From: Pelomyxa schiedti
Lineage: Eukaryota; Protista; Evosea
Assembly (NCBI GenBank): GCA_020536535.1
Contig: JAHLWZ010000808.1
Coordinates: forward strand, 1 to 64,000
DNA: 64,000 bases
Reading direction: 5' to 3'
Positions 24,556 to 39,832 of the stretch are shown here, piece by piece. Position numbers and translations under genes: made by a program. Each line of letters opens with the position of its first letter. The first letter of the stretch is position 1. Under the pieces are notes generated by a model. It was given only the letters and a program-made list of their open reading frames with translations, was not told the DNA's origin and did no database searches.

Positions 24556-26524
24556 TCATGGAGCCTCTGTGTACTTGTGTTCTGTAGAAAAGTCACCTGT
24601 TTCAAGTGCCTCAAGTCTCTCAATAAGGGAAGGGTGACTGTTGTGGTATATTGAATACAGGGGGTCATTTACAACAGAGATGAGGTTTTGTTGCTTTTTG
24701 TATTTGGGTTAGTAGTTTGGAACATGGATAACAAGGGCTACTTACGTGGAGTTTGACAAGGGACCCTTTGAGGTCATAGCCAAATTTGGATACAGAAAAG
24801 AGGTCCGCATTGTACTCAAACCGGCGTGATACAAAGTTCATGCAAAATAAGAACAGACAGTGAACCGGCATAAAAACAACAGAAAATAGCAGCAGCCCAA
24901 TAATAAGCTGAAGGAGCAATGTTAATTGCGTGTAGGAGAGGTGGGAATGGTACAGGCTGAGATTCAAAACCAAATGCAATAAATATAGAAGGCGTAGTAA
25001 CGATTTTTGACAATCCAAACAACAGTACAAAGAAATATGTTTCTGTGAGTACTATGTTCTTGTAAGTGTGGTAATAAACATGGTGACCTTGGTCGAATGC
25101 TCATTGAGGAAAATTGAATAAGAGAAAGCCTAGTACCCATTTCGTGGCCTGCAGAAAGGTTGGTGAGCCATCTTACAAGAAAAACACATACCCAAAACAG
25201 ATAATATCTCATTAACAGACAGATTTTCAAGCAGAGTGTCAAACAGAAGGATTTGTTTTGTGTTGAATAATCCCAGTAAAGCTCTTTTAACCATGAGGCA
25301 GTAGAAGAAAAAGTAGCATACAAACGCATTAGAATGACTTGATCTCTTGGATTCGTTCAAAACAAGTAAACGACTTAAAGAAAATTTCACCTTCTCTAGA
25401 GTTATCCTTTTTGGTTTCAAGCGAGTCTCACCTTAATGCACATTTCGCGGACAGCATTTCTCAGTTCCCCATCTTCAAGCTCTTTCACTTCATAGAAGAG
25501 TGGTATCACAATGTAGGGTGAGATGGCTGTGCTCAAAAGTGTGAATACAACAGTAAATATCCAGGTATCTAGGAGAGTAAGTTTCAGTGAAATTCACAAT
25601 TGAGGGGAACTACAAAACCAGAAGTACTGGCCAGTCCACTCTAGAATATGGTTGTGATCAAGGGATTTCATTTGCGACGGGAGATACCAACGATTTTCAA
25701 TAGAAACGTTATTACAGGGGCACCGATAAGTAATGATAGACAGATAGCAATCAACTGTGTTGTGAAGAAGAGCTATGATACTCGTTAGAAAAAAAGGACT
25801 AAGCTTCTACTTCCAGAAGGCATCTACCTTGGGTGTTGTATTGTTAAAGCCATGTCGCACTTCAATCACAAATACTCTGTTGCAGAAGGTAAGGAGGGAA
25901 GATTGGCACGTAGTAGTATATACTCATATATGCCAAATGGAAGATATATGATATAATATACAAGTGAAACAAGTCCAACAAATATCAGGGATGTGATAAT
26001 CTACACAGTGAATTAACTGATAGTTTGAATGAAAGTTACACAAACAGTGTGGGATTCATCTCCAGTTACTGCGCAGGAAATAAAAACGGACCATTTCCAC
26101 GTGAATGAGAGTCCAAAGAATACGAACACCAATAGACAGAGCGTAAGAATAGTATCATATACAAAAGAAAACCGGCTAGTGGCATTTGGAGTCAGTCACA
26201 ACACCATAACTTTTCCAAATAATAAATGGCACCCATAAATTATGCCATAACCCCGAAAAAAGTGACATTATTATCGAGGTCTCGAGCCACATGCCTGCAA
26301 TCACGCGCATAAGCCTGAGACTTTGCGAAAGACTCTGGGGTCATCACACCAGGCGCGCATCTGTCGATCAGAGCGCGAGCCGAGGGCGGGATGACCGCCT
26401 CGACGCCGCCCCGCGCCCGCAGTTGCATGTGCTGACGCAGCCACACGTAGGACTCGAAAAGGTACACTGCAGCAGTGCACCCCAGTCCCACCCACCACCA
26501 ATAATCATCGCCACTCACAGCCAT
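24556..26524 (-). CDS. STE24: CAAX prenyl protease 1 (peptidase M48A)
   Basis: YLFESYVWLRQH, SFAKSQAYARD, zinc motif GHEMG|H (HExxH), SRRFEYNADLF, SLVKLH, NDPLYSIYHNSHPSLIERL. Confidence 0.92.
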
Positions 26525-26801
26525 CCCTCCCAGCAGGAGCAGCAGTTGTTTTGAGAAAAAATGCCGAACCGACAAACGCCAGTTTTGCATCTTAAGAGGT
26601 TTACGGGGAGAAAGTCAGGTCGTGCTTGGATTCAGAGATTGGTGGGGAGACATGTCTGCAAATTTGTGTTGTTGTCTGCCCTTCACACAGAAAAGTGGAG
26701 CACAGCAAGGAACTCAGCGCCTTTTTGAGGAGACGGTCTCTGGTTCCCATTTATGAAAATGATGCAAAATTGCCCGCAATTAGAGATCTGACAGACAAAG
26801 G

Positions 26802-29800
26802 ATGTCGTATCGCCGGAAAACAACGTACGACAGCGACAGCGACATCTCCAGCAGTAGCGACTCGTCCAGTTCCTCCTCATCACCGGCAGATCCTCCGCCA
26901 AAAAAACCTCGAAAGATCACCGCTGTAAAAGCCACTAAAAAACCGCTCAAGAAGAAGCCGCGCCGCTCGTCCTCGTCCTCGTCCTCGTCGTACTCGCCAT
27001 CTTCGTCGTCTCCTTCTCGCTCTCGTTCTAGATCTAGATCCGGAGGTCGTCGCCATCGTTCTAGCTCTAGTTCTAGTTCCCGTCCCAAGCCGCGATCTGA
27101 CGACTACGACGTCGATGAATCGCCTGCCGTTGTTGTGCCAACCAAAAATCACGCAAAGCACGAGGCTGCAAAAACGACCAAGGAAAACGTAGATGTTGAA
27201 GCTGACTGTTGTGGTGATAGTGGTGCTGATATTGTTACTGCCGGCACGCCGACGGCTACTACGACGACCACGACTACTACAAGTACTAGTGTTACGTCAG
27301 TGGACAGATCCGAAGACAAGATCCTCCCAATGAAGCGTAAAATTGACCCTCCACGTGAAAGTGCAGCCTCCAAGGCAGCTGGGAAAGAGCCTGAGAGCGA
27401 GTTTGGCGACGCCGTTATTGAAATTAGCGATGACGACTCCACACTACTGCCTGCACGACCCGACGACATTGGTGCTGAGTCTGCTGCAAGAGACGAAGGC
27501 ACGGAACGCATTGATGTTACGGCCGACGGCATGTTACTTCTTGCCACAACTCATGTTTGTCTTACCCTGACGAGTGGTTTGTCACTAGTTTTGTACAATC
27601 TTTTTTCCTCAACCCTTCATAGGTGTGGATCCATATATCCGAGCGGTTCCCTTGCGGACAGGATATGGACCCGGTTACGATTTTGACTGCCCCTGTCCTG
27701 ACCCTTTTCCAAAATGTTATACAAAACACTAAAACTGACCCTCTTACTGATGGAAACTGCAGGTAAGCAAGATGAAGCGTGTGCACTATCAGAAAAGAAG
27801 ATGCCACCTGAACTTCCTGAGCTTGAGGGTCCCCTTTTCCTAGTCTCCGGCGACCCATCCAATGCCCGCTCCATGGGATCCAAGAAATCCCACATGACTT
27901 GTATGAATTCAAGTGGGAAGAGTGTGGGAAGGGTTACTCACAGTTCCCTGCTTTGTATCCCTCAGGTTGCAACCACACTTTAAGTACACTACTTACACTC
28001 TATAATTAGGTTGACGTACCCTTGAGTAAGACCAACCTTGCAGGTTACCTGAAAAAAATACCCAAGCACTGTGGGATGTATCACTGGGAGTGGCGTCATA
28101 ACAAGTTTTTTTACTTTCTACTGGATGGACTTAACCTTACTTCTAGAGAGGTATCTGAGAAACTAGGTTTTTGTCACCTTTCTGGCAAACTGTACGTCAA
28201 AATCAAAACATTTGAGAAATATGTGGCACAGGGCACAGAAATTCCTTTCCGTGATGTACTATTCTCTAGGCTGTTCCCCACATAAAAACCAAAATAGATT
28301 CTTACTCAAAATTGGACGCATGCATCAGACCCTGTTGGGGAGGACAGTGATACCTTTAGAACTTCAGATTCCATTGAAGAGTACGGATTCCACGAAGTCA
28401 CGATTCCACTAGTTTCAGATGTCCCTATCAAACAACCTCCTAGAGTATCTCTCAAGATGTTTCGTTATCAGGTGCAAGGTTTTTTTAATTCTTACTGCTC
28501 CCCTCATGTAAAAATAGTTGGACGCATTATCTTGGGCTTTAGAAATTGAAAAATCTTGCCGCACTGGGTGGAACTTTCCTCTCCTTTCCACACTTCAGGG
28601 GACCAAGGTCCGGGTTGACAGAGAAAATATGCGATTCTACCCTCCAAGTGAAGTACAGTCACATGAAGGTGTCATCAAAGCACAAGGTGGTTTCTACTGC
28701 GACGAAGTTGGCCTGGGAAAGGTTCCTTCTTTCGGTGTTTCATTCTTTCCTAACCAATCAAAGACTTTGACGATGCTAGCCTTGGTAGTTCAAAATAGGT
28801 TTCTTTAGTTCCCCTTTTGTTAGTTTCTTCCTTTCTCTAGGCTGGCAACTGCGCCTATTCGAATCGAGCCGTCAAATCTGCTGTTTCCCTCAAAAGCAAC
28901 TCTTGTGCTTTGCCCCAATCATCTTACACGACAGTGGAAAACGGAGGCTGAAATGAATATCTCCCCTCATCTCAAAGTATCATTTCCCTTAGAATCTTGG
29001 TTTTAAAAGTTATTCTCTACAGGTCTATCTCATAACAACTGTCACTCAAGCAAACGAGTTGACATACTCTAATGTGATACAAGCAGGTTTAACCCCTGGT
29101 TGTCCATTCCTTTTTCTTTAATGTAATCTTCAGATCTCGTGATTGTTAGCTTTCAATTCTTGATGAATGCCCACTATGCAGAAAGAGTGAGGCTCGTGCG
29201 GAGTACTACTCCAAGAACTGAGGTAGCGGAGATAAGGCAAGCAGGTGGCCAATATTCCAATCCTTTTTTTTTTTTTTTTTGCATTGACTACGTGAACAGA
29301 TTCTATTACTCGGTTACAAGAACTACGCAGACGAAAAAACCCTGAATCTGTAAAATTTCCCATCCTTGATCACTTCCATTGGCACAGAATAATGTACATG
29401 ATGAATCTCTAACTGTTTAGAACTTGTCTTCACTTATTTACTTATCCTTAAGATTGGATGAGGGTCATGAAGTTGCCCTAACACCCCTGTCGTCACACCT
29501 TTCTAGCTTCGTTGGGACTTACAAGTGGTATAGCTTTAATTCTTGATATGTCGAGTACCTAAATCAAAGTGTAAAGGTATGTGAGTGGTACACCATTTCC
29601 TTCTGGGTTGGAGAGTTTGCTGTTTGGCCTGAGCTTCATTGGATGCCAAGTCAGTTGCTACAACAGTAGAAATGAACTATCCTTTCAGCAAGTCAATCCC
29701 CCAAAGAAAAAAACAAGCCGGAAATGCAAGCTGGAAAGGGAGGCAATTGTTACGTCCCAAGTGTGTAGATCAGTTCGATCTTGTTTGTTTTGGAGGAACA

Positions 29801-31593
29801 CAAAATCTAGTGTTGAAAGTGAATATTCTGTGCCAGGTACGTTTTTGTCCTCCACGTTGATGTTCTTACATATCCAGATATTGTCGAGGAACTTGTTCTA
29901 CTGGAGCAGTCTGATGTTGAAAAGGGAATGTACCAAGCGGCCTTGCGAATGGGGGACGAGGTATTTGTTTTTGAGATAAATGTATAACGACTAACTTTAC
30001 ATCCAGTTGCGCATGCGACAACTGTGCTGTCACCCACAGGTCTTTTTTCCCCACACCCCTCACCAAGAGTTTAACATCACAAAAGATCTCGGATGAAGAT
30101 CGATCTATCCTTGGCTCCGCCCCAAAGACATTGGAAGAGATCCGCACAGTACTTCTGCAGCATGCACAGCAAGAGATTGTCAACTGTGAGAACCTCATCA
30201 AGAAAATCAAAACCGACATAAAAGACTTGGAAGTCAGGCCACTTGATAACGAGGAATCACAAGCCCAACGCGATCGTCTCATTGAAAGGAAAAAGGGAGA
30301 TGTTTCTGCTCAAAAACACGGTAAGCCCTTTACACTGGCATGCATTCTTTTTTATAAATGACGCAGCGTGTGAGGTTCACCGCCGTACATTGGAGTACTT
30401 AAAAGCAGTCGTCCCGAAAATCAGCCAGAAAACCTCAGATCCTTGTGGTGTATGCCTTGAGGAGATCACTAAACTGACAATCACGATTTGTGGCCATCTC
30501 TTTTGTTTCGACTGTATCAGCAGGGCCATTGACGCACAGCACACATGTCCTGCGTGCCGACATAAACTGGAAAGGAAAGACTTACAGGTAAGGGCCATTG
30601 AAAGTCAGTACAGCACAATGATCATGCTCTAGCTCGTTGGGGATGAAAATGCTGCAGACCAAATTGATTACTCCGCGGAACAGGCAAAACTCACTCAGGT
30701 AGAGAAGGTATACCTAATTATTCTCACCATTTCTTTACCACAGAAATATGGATCTAAGATGGCTGCACTCATAATGTACTTGAGGAAAATATTTCAGTCA
30801 GATGCCAAAGCTATTATCTTCAGTCAGGTAACTTCTTATGTTATGTTGTACTCCCTAAATATTCTTCAAGTGGGATGGCATGCTCCACCGTGTTGGTACC
30901 CAGTATTACATTCTGGCTTCTATTAAGTAGTGCAGGTAGTACCTTGGCTGAAAACGAAATTCCACATGTTTATTGCAAAGGAAACGTGTTTATGCGAACT
31001 AAGGTAAAATTTAGTTGTGACTTTGGCTGAAGTCTTTAGGCTATTGCGAATTTCACTCAAGATTCTCGGACAAGAGTTATCATGCTTTCTTTAGAAAATG
31101 CTGCCTCGGGTCTGAATCTAACTGAGGCAACCCATATCATCGTGTGTGCGGGCTAATAAATTTCCTTCATTAACAACAATCCAGCTTCTTGACCCAATCG
31201 CAGGAAGCAAGGAAGAAGCAAGGGTTTTAATCTCCTCCTTATCGCCAAGTACTTAACGACGGCCGACAGGCAATAGAAAGACAAGCCATAGGAAGAGCAC
31301 ACCGCCAAGGGCAGCAAAAGCAGATAACTGTTGTGCGGTTCATAATAAAAGGGACCATCGAGCACGACCTGTACTTGAGGAACAGCTCTCCGGATCACCC
31401 GTTCTCTTCCGAGTGCGTTCGCATTCCCCCGCCTTCCTCTTTCCATCATTCCTTTTCCATTTCCCTTTCCTTTGCCACACTCAACTAACCCTACTACAGA
31501 GTTGCGCCACGCGAGTCACCATCCACCCCACCACCCGCAGCCTCTGTTCCACCCGCACCTAAGGGCAAGGGAAAGGACAAAGGCAAGGACTAG
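26802..31593 (+). CDS. SNF2-family helicase/ATPase with an inserted RING finger (RAD5/RAD16/HLTF-like); Ser/Arg-rich N-terminus
   Basis: GGFYCDEVGLGK|TLTMLAL (motif I), LVLCPNHLTRQW, LDEGHE (motif II), VSGTPF, RING CGVC..CGHLFCFDC..CPACR, AIIFSQW, SGLNLTEATHII, QAIGRAHRQGQ. Confidence 0.9.
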
Positions 31594-31847
31594 CCAAGTG
31601 TGCCCTTTGCTTGATGTAATCTCTGTTGCAATACTAGACAAGAACACACATACACAATCCGAAATTCACCAATCACTCCCCACGTCCCAGAAGACAACTT
31701 GTTTCCACCTCACCTTGTTTTTTGTTTGAGGTCTCGGGTCGGGAGACATCTCCGGGCCGAAAAGTTCGGGAAAACAAACCAAAAGAAAAACTAATTGAAA
31801 ATAAAAAAAGAACAATAAACCAGGGTATAGTGCTGCACACACCGAGG

Positions 31848-34800
31848 ATGAGCACGCAACACCAGGTGAGTTTCGCCCCGCGAACAAAACGACGAAGTGA
31901 TAGTAACACGCTAAAAATAAACAACCAGCAGGGAGAGGAAGCAGCAACGGAGGGGACGACGTCGCAAAGAGTACCTTCCAGTTGTATGTCGCGAGTGCAA
32001 TTCATTTGTTTAACTCCAAAAGTAAACGAGACATGCCTCCCCGTGTCGTCTACGACAAGCGCGAGCAGTTCCGAAGGAGGCGCGACGGCAAGCAATCTCA
32101 ATACTAGTGCATCAGCTTCTACGTCGACGTCTGCAATTGGGTGTAACACGTGTGAGGAGGCTTTGGTGGCCAACGCGTCGAGGACGGCGCAAGATGGCGC
32201 GAGTCAACAACCACAGCAGCAACAAATGCAACTGCAAAGCCAACAAATTCAGCAGCAGCAGCAGCAGCAGCAGACGCAACAACTGGAGGTGAAGTCTGAG
32301 GAAGACGGTTACTGGAAGAAGGTGACTGACAACCCAAACGACTTTTCCTCTTGGCAGTATCTTGTATCACTGGCCGACAGATCAGTAATCTTTCGACTTT
32401 GTGCCTTGCCCCATTTTGAAAACCTCTCTCTTGAATAAATAAATAAAAAACAGAAAGACATTGCACAAATCCGAAAAGCTTATGATGGATTTTTGGATCA
32501 TTTTCCTTTGTGCTATATGTACTGGCAAAAATATTCTGAGACCGAACTTGAACACACTGGGCTTGAGGCAGCTATAAGCATATATGAGCGTGCTGTCAAA
32601 GGTAAATTTCTAACTGGGTTTTCCCACCTACTTTTTTTTTTTTTAACTCTGAGTGCAGCGGTACCCAACAGCATAGACCTATGGACACACTACTGCCAGC
32701 ACATGGTGGAAAATTCAGAGATGGAAAAAGCGAGAATGTACTTCCCTCTTAGATGTCTTTTTTCCTGAGTGTTTTCCTTGTCCTCCTCCCCCATTGAAGT
32801 GTTTTTGAAAGGGCAGCAAAGGTTATTGGGGAACACTTTGCTTCACACTCTTTTTGGGACAAATATATAGGTATTAGCGAGAATAAGGGACATCAAGGAG
32901 AAAAACTAAGGGCACCAAAAAGAATTTGAAACTTCCCTCCAAGACTATCCTCGAGTTATGGAATTATACTTAAAAATTATTACGACCCCCCTCGATCAGC
33001 TTCAGAGATACTGGGAGAGGTTTCTTTTCCAGTACTTGATTTTCCACTAAATTTCAATAGGTTCAAATCATTTGCAACTATCCGCCCACTACAAGAATTG
33101 TTATCTCCAGTAGAAATGCAAGACTGGGAACAAAGACAAAAAGTACCCTAAAGAAAAGTTTTAGTCATCTAAGTTTTTGACTCAAAAGGAAAACGAGAAG
33201 TTGAAAATTGAAGCGAGTTGTACCATAGAACTTCCAAGTGAATCTCAATTTTCTGTACTTTTTAGTTTTTTTCTCTAGTATCTGAAAAAACGTGGTTTCC
33301 TTTTATTTTAGGAAGCACTTCCCAGTAAGATTCTATCAGATGAAGAGATTGAAAAGGCAGTGAAAGACAAGGTGCGCCCTTCATCAAAGACATGAGATTG
33401 AACATTTTAAGGCTCTTGGAGGCTGGGAGGCGAAGTACAAAATGGCATTGGAGGAAGCAAATGCGCGACGGGATTTTGAGACTATTGTGATGAAAAGAGC
33501 TTTTTTCCACATCAAGGCTGTGCCAGAAAGCATGCTTGATATATGGAGAAAGTACCTCGATTTTGAAGAGTTGAGTGGGAAACATTCACGTATCATCGTG
33601 CTTTACGAACGGTGTCTTATTACCTGCGTATGTACTACCTACTCAGTATAAGTCTGACTTGGCGTTTCCAGTTCTATTACAGTGAATTTTGGTTGAGATA
33701 TGCCTGTTGGTTAGAAAAGTATGTGAGTATAGAAGCAGCAAGAGACGTCCTGGCCCGAGCAAGCACATACCTGACGAAACGGTCTGTAGTTATAACAAAA
33801 ACAAATTCTCTTCAGTGACCTGTTTCAAGGCCAGAAATTGGTCTATTGTATGCACAAATGGAAGAAATGTTGAACAATGAATCGAAAGCGCGCTCAATTT
33901 TATCAAGCTTGATTGATCAAGGTACCTCTTTTCTGCGTCGTATAAGTATTAACAGTGGTAGTTCCAGGACACCTGGAGACAACTCTTCAGGCTGCAGCTT
34001 TTGCATACCGACACAATACAACTAAAGTGTCTTTATCCCCTACTAAGTCCCTCACCTCATTAAACCAATCAGGAAGTGTGCAACATCTACGAACTTGGAT
34101 TACAGGCTGTTGACTCCGCTTCCTATTCATTTCTTGCAATACAATACTCGTTTTTTGCCTCTAGGGTTTGTTTTGGTTTTGTAATTTGTTAGTAACTCTT
34201 TTTAGGAAATAGGCTTGGACCGCGCAAGGGAGATACTTCAACAAGCTATACACAAATGTGGTGAATGCAAGAGTTTGTGGCTAGCTGCCATTCACTTTGA
34301 ACTCTACCAGACCGGTAACTTCAATCCAGCTTATATTATCGTTTTTACACTCTTTGCAGGGCCTGATAGATATGAAAGGGTAAAAAAATTGTTCACTCAA
34401 GCACTCGAGCAGAACAGCCCTCTCAACCAAACCGATCAAGAAGAAATTGCACAAATGTATACCGATTTCATGCTGATGTGGTGCCGGAATATTCGTGAAT
34501 ACAGATCTGTCATACAAACTTGCCGGCGCCCATCTCCACACCCTGCACCACAAACCAACGACTCCTCACAAAATTCATTACCAACCACCAAACACGAGCC
34601 TCAAAAACGCCCTGCCGAAATCACAACAGACACCACCTCATCCCAATCCGCACAACAAATTCCCCTCACTGGACAAGAAGGCGCTGACCTAATTTCCATT
34701 TCACAGCCCCCTGCCAAACACCTCCGCACAGCACTTCTACCAGTCATTCCCGCCACGCCTGTACTCCCCACAGGACTCGCCAGCAATCCATATGCAATGG

Positions 34801-35128
34801 TTTGTTGTCCGCCGTGTTACTCTTTTACTAACCGCAGCCATCCTAGTATGGAAATGTTGTTGGCACATACGGAGCTACTCAGCCTTTTGGCTATCAGTGG
34901 CCAACTGCTATGGGTGGGTCATTCCCGTACGCCTATGCTCCAGCAAGCAACCCTCAGACAGCCACTCCCACAGCAGCACCAACGGTATTATTTTTTTTTT
35001 CTTTTGCAATACCCTTTCCCCTCATTCACCATTCCCTCTTAACCTTCTCTCTTGTGGTGTTTTGTACGAAACTAACCTTTGGTTTCCTACAGTGGGACTA
35101 TTCACAAATGTTCAGTGGCAGAAGCTGA
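31848..35128 (+). CDS. PRPF39: Pre-mRNA-processing factor 39 (HAT-repeat U1 snRNP protein)
   Basis: YWKKVTDNPNDFSSWQYLV, IRKAYDGFLDHFPLCYMYWQKYSETE, YERAV..SIDLWTHYC, MKRAFFHIKAV..WRKYLDFEE..LYERCLI, YYSEFWLRYA. Confidence 0.9.
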
Positions 35129-35423
35129 TAAGGGAGGGCATTGTCACTAGTTTGTTTTTTGCTTCACAGCCACTTTCTCCCCTTCTTTTTCCACCTGCCA
35201 CAGTCACCTTGAGTATCATCCCACTGCGCCATGAACTTGAGCACACCCCAAACAAAAAACTTGCAAAACTCAAGCCTCGAAATTTTTCGTAAATTTCTAT
35301 TTTCCTTAAAAGCCCGGACGCTGTTTCGGGATAAACGAAATCGGGAAGTCACAAAAGAAAAAAAAAAAAAAAACAAAGATCTGGAGAATCGGTGAGGGGT
35401 GCCGCGTGTGAGGTGTCGTGAGA

Positions 35424-38017
35424 ATGTCTACGGCACCGACCAGCGAAGAGGTCAGTGGATCTAACGACACAATCTTCCCTAACAACCATGTATCCTTGCC
35501 CCGTTAAAAAAAAACAGATGGACTACTGGAGCAGAGCGAAGGCAACAATACTTGAGTTGTGGCATGCATTTCAAGACTACGTGGATCCACAATGGCCGCC
35601 AACATACCCCGAGGCACACGACATGTCAGCAACAACAATTCACGCCACGCCAGTTGCACCCACCACTCACACACCAATTTCCATGTCTCTGCCGCCTACA
35701 AGTTCACACACCAGCGCCACGAATTCCTGTAGCAGTACCAGCAGTATTGCAGAGAAAAAAGCTCCTGACCCAGTAGAGCAGCAACAACCAGAAACACCTA
35801 AGGGCAACAGTGAACAAACACCGTCGGGCACTTCAGAAACCATTCCTCCTGATACAAACACCTCTTCATCTTGTAGCAGTAACACAACCACAACAACTTC
35901 TACGGTAACTGTAACAGGCACTCCACCTTCTCCAACTGGACCTCACTCCCCCTTGTTAGCCAATACTACCTCACTGCAAAAGAATCGCCAAGGGAGATCA
36001 CCCTCTGTTCCGGCACTGGGACCTTCATCAACTTTCTGTGATGGGGTCTCAGTCTCATCTGCAGATTCTCAGGTAAATTCTGAGTCTCGTAATGCAGCAG
36101 GTGAATCTGGACAGACCTCCCCACTTTCTTCTTCACCAGGCCAATACATACACAACCAACGCCCTGTATTTCCTACGCAACTTCGCTCATCCATGATCAC
36201 ACCCTCTACACAGGAAGAGCACTGCACAACCGCTTCTTCTACTATTTACAACATTTCTCTTCCAGATACACCGACGATTCCAACTACACAATCAAACCCC
36301 GTTACCCCTTCACCAACTCCACAGAACTCCCCTCCTCGTCAAAGGCTCATTGCATCCTCAGATGCGCACCCCCCTCTCCGTGGAGCTTCTTTTAGTGTGT
36401 TGCGAAATGTGATCACTACCATGCTACCGAATTCCCCAAGTACAACAGGTTCCAATTCCGCAACCCACTCTTTAACCTTCTCCCAAACTTGACAGTTTTT
36501 ACTAGACGACCTTAATACTCAGCAAGCACAAGAGCAGCCACCAAAGCCTTCCAATACCAACACTCCCTCAACTTCCTCCCACATTCCTTTGCCTCATTCG
36601 GCAGCTCCTTCAGGGACTATGTCAAACAAACTTGATTACAGCCGACAACGCAACTACTCTAGTCCGGTACCCATGAAGATCACTGCGAACTGGCATGCAG
36701 AAACTCTAAAGATATGGAACCGAAAATTAGCCGACTTGCCTGTGGCTATCGATTTACCACGTTTATGCACTCACATTTCTGTATTTGATTGTGCAACCTG
36801 TGAGGAAAAAAACCTTTATTCGTTATGACCTGACCTCTCTCTAGCACTGATCGTTCTCCCGCCTGCACTCGATGCTGCTGCCCCGTTTCTACCAAATGGT
36901 AATTTCAAGTATTTTGTTGGAACTCTAATTTCTTGCAGGTCGCCCGACAGCTGTTTTCCTCAATCAACTTCTTGCAACCATGTCCTTCCTGCTTGATGGT
37001 CCCGAGATGCATGATATTCTCAACTCTGAGTTTGGTACTTTCATAGACTTTTATATTTCCTTTTAATGGGAAAAGCCAAGCTGATCAATGGCGACGACCT
37101 CACAGAACAAAAAGCTGCCATCATCTCACTACTGACGGTATTCCTTCTTTTGCTTCATTTTCCTTCAAAGTTACGGAACAACCCTGAAGGAGAAACTTGG
37201 AACAAGTGCACTGTCCAATACTTTAAAGGGGATCAATCAGTCTATTTTGGCACCAGCTAACATCGAACTCAGACTTAATATGTGTGTCGCATTACCGTTC
37301 AAGGACTCACGTATCAGAAACCTTCACAAAATAAAATATCTAACGGTAGTAACAGAAACCAATGTCTGGGAAATAGATGTTAACAGGTTTGATGATAACA
37401 TTGAAGTCGTGCATCGCAGGAGACAAGTCAACGTGGACGCGAGAAAAGAGGAAGATTACTTCGAATTTACTTGGGAGCTCATTTTAGTTACTTCCCTCAT
37501 CATTTTGAGTAATTCAAACTTTTTACACCATTGCCAGCTATTCGATAACAAGGCGTCGGCTCTCAAAGATAGTAGCATTAACATCATCGAGTTTAAATTT
37601 GGACCCAAAACCAGTGAGGAGCGAAGACGCCTCGTTTCGGGGCTATTTACTCCATTCATGTTTCCAAAGCCCCCTAAAACCTGCAAACTGCTGTTTCCCA
37701 TTAAAAAATCCACAACCCTTGAATCCACAACAACCCCTACAACAACCACCCCAGCAGCAACCACTACCACACTCACAACGACCGCATTTGCAGCACCTTC
37801 AGCTTCATCCGAATCAACTCAACACGCACTAGATCAACAACCCCCAACACCCAATTCAATCACAACCACACCTGAAATGCACCCCCAAAACACTACCGCA
37901 AAAACCTACACTGACCCAACACCCCCAAAAACGCAGGAAATGGCACCAAAGCCTCTTTCCTCCCCCACCACAACACCCCTTCCATCATCAGAACCCCAAG
38001 AACACTCCTCAGAATAA
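35424..38017 (+). CDS. Protein with a long S/T/P-rich insert and a C-terminal domain resembling the amoebozoan GlfB-like C-terminal domain
   Basis: DQSV..APANIELRLNMCVALPFKD...WEIDV...VVHRRRQ...YFEFTWEL..|FD resembles that family as recalled; not verified by search. Confidence 0.5.
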
Positions 38018-38098
38018 TCGTTTTATTGGCAACTAATTGTACAAAAAAAAACCAGTGATCACTTTTAGGCAAAAAAGTCTTTTTGAACAGTAAATACA

Positions 38099-39832
38099 TT
38101 ACAAATTTACTTCCTCTTTGCGTTCTGCTGCTGGGGCAGTTGCAGGGAACACTTGGAGTGCGTTGTCAAAGGATATTTGTGGGTCCATCTTTTGTACAAA
38201 TCTAAAAAAAAATAGATGAGGTTATGTTCAGGTAAAGAACAAACAAACTTGTTGGATTTGAGAGGCCGGAACATAAGAGCCAGGATCAAGTAAGAAAAGA
38301 ACTTGACACCAAGTTGTACAGGAACCACCACTTTCTGCCGCCTCCATGCGGGAACAAAATGCATGGCCAGTACAATTATGGGCAAACTAATAAACCAGAG
38401 AGCATAGGTGGCTGCAAAGACTATATAAAAGCGGCGGTTCTCCACGCGAGTCTCGATGATAAAAGTCCGGGATACTATAAACAGGAACACAAACATCATA
38501 AGAATTCGCAAGGCAATTATAATATAGCCCGGTATACTTTCGTAGATATCTTGGAGCTATGTTTAAAGGGAAAACATGTGAGTAAGAGTGTTACATAAGG
38601 TAGTTGCCGGGTCAACTCCATACAGTTGGTAGAAATAGAGGGCGAGATATGCCCAAATGAATGGAAACCAAAGAAGTAACAATAATCGGTGGTGTGTAAG
38701 TTTCCTGCTACTAATTTTGTACCCTAACGGAAAAGAGGTAATGAGATTCACGTGACTTCCCAAAAGGTACCTTTTCCCAGATACAGAATCAGTAAAAGGA
38801 AAATCAACTCAGAGACGATATCAAAGACTATGGAAAGTGAGAACTAGCGAGTACCACAAACGAATACAAACAGTTAAATGTGCTCACGAGCTCAGGGTAA
38901 CCAATTCCATTGTTAGAGAAGATGCAAACGTGGACAGACCAGAAGATAAGAGCAACAGCCTCTACTGCAACTACGGCTAAAAGTCTATCTGTGATCTGGG
39001 TTATTGAAATGAGTATAAACCAAATCCCATAGGACTGCATACGGCGTATTGCAATTTATTTTTGATCAAGATGACCAAAGAAATAGCAAGACCTATCGCC
39101 AGAGCCCAAAACAAGGACAAAAATAACAGTACCTCTTGCAGCAATCCTACTCTAAGTTGTAGTGGTGGGAGGAGGTGGGTCACAGTATTGGTGTACCTAT
39201 TTCATCAGCACTGAATTGATCCCCAGAGACAGATGGGTTGATGAAGGTGAAGTTGTAATGTATATCTATAGAGACCACTCAAACGTAAATCAACAAAAAA
39301 TGCATGTGTGACAACACACCTATTTCATCGCCGTCGCAGTTTGAGGCGGCAACAAACCACCAGCGATCTCTTCCTCCATAAATATGCACTTGAAAGGGCA
39401 TGTCATCTTGGGTGTATGACCGTGATGCGCTATGTATCTGACACGTTTTAATTCTACACCTTTCTCCCTTCCCATTGCAATATAACAAGAAGTACCTTGT
39501 AGGCGCATGAAGTTTGGTCCCTCGTATTATAGACCTTGGGCCAAGAGTACTCCATGTCAGCATAAAAGTTTATTGCAGTTCCAGCAGAAATTGAGTAAAA
39601 GTCCACATTCGCATAAGCACCTAAACCACAAAAAGAAGTTGGAACAACACCCAATAGCAGTGTTAGCCACACTGTGTGGCGCACCTTTGTTAAGGAAACA
39701 AAATTTTTCCACAAAAGCCCAGTTTTCATCAAAGACCTTGTGGTGAATAGTAACCAAGCTGTAGACACCCCCGACACACAGCCCACAAATCACTACAAGT
39801 AGCTCCAATCCCGCTCTCCAATGTACATTCAT
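38099..39832 (-). CDS. TMEM145/GPR180-like seven-transmembrane protein
   Basis: Signal-peptide-like start, NWAFVEKFCF, RDRWWFVAASNCD, FINP...QFSADE, then multiple TM helices ending RRFYIVFAATYALWFISLPIIV...WRRQKVV...LMFRP. Confidence 0.8.
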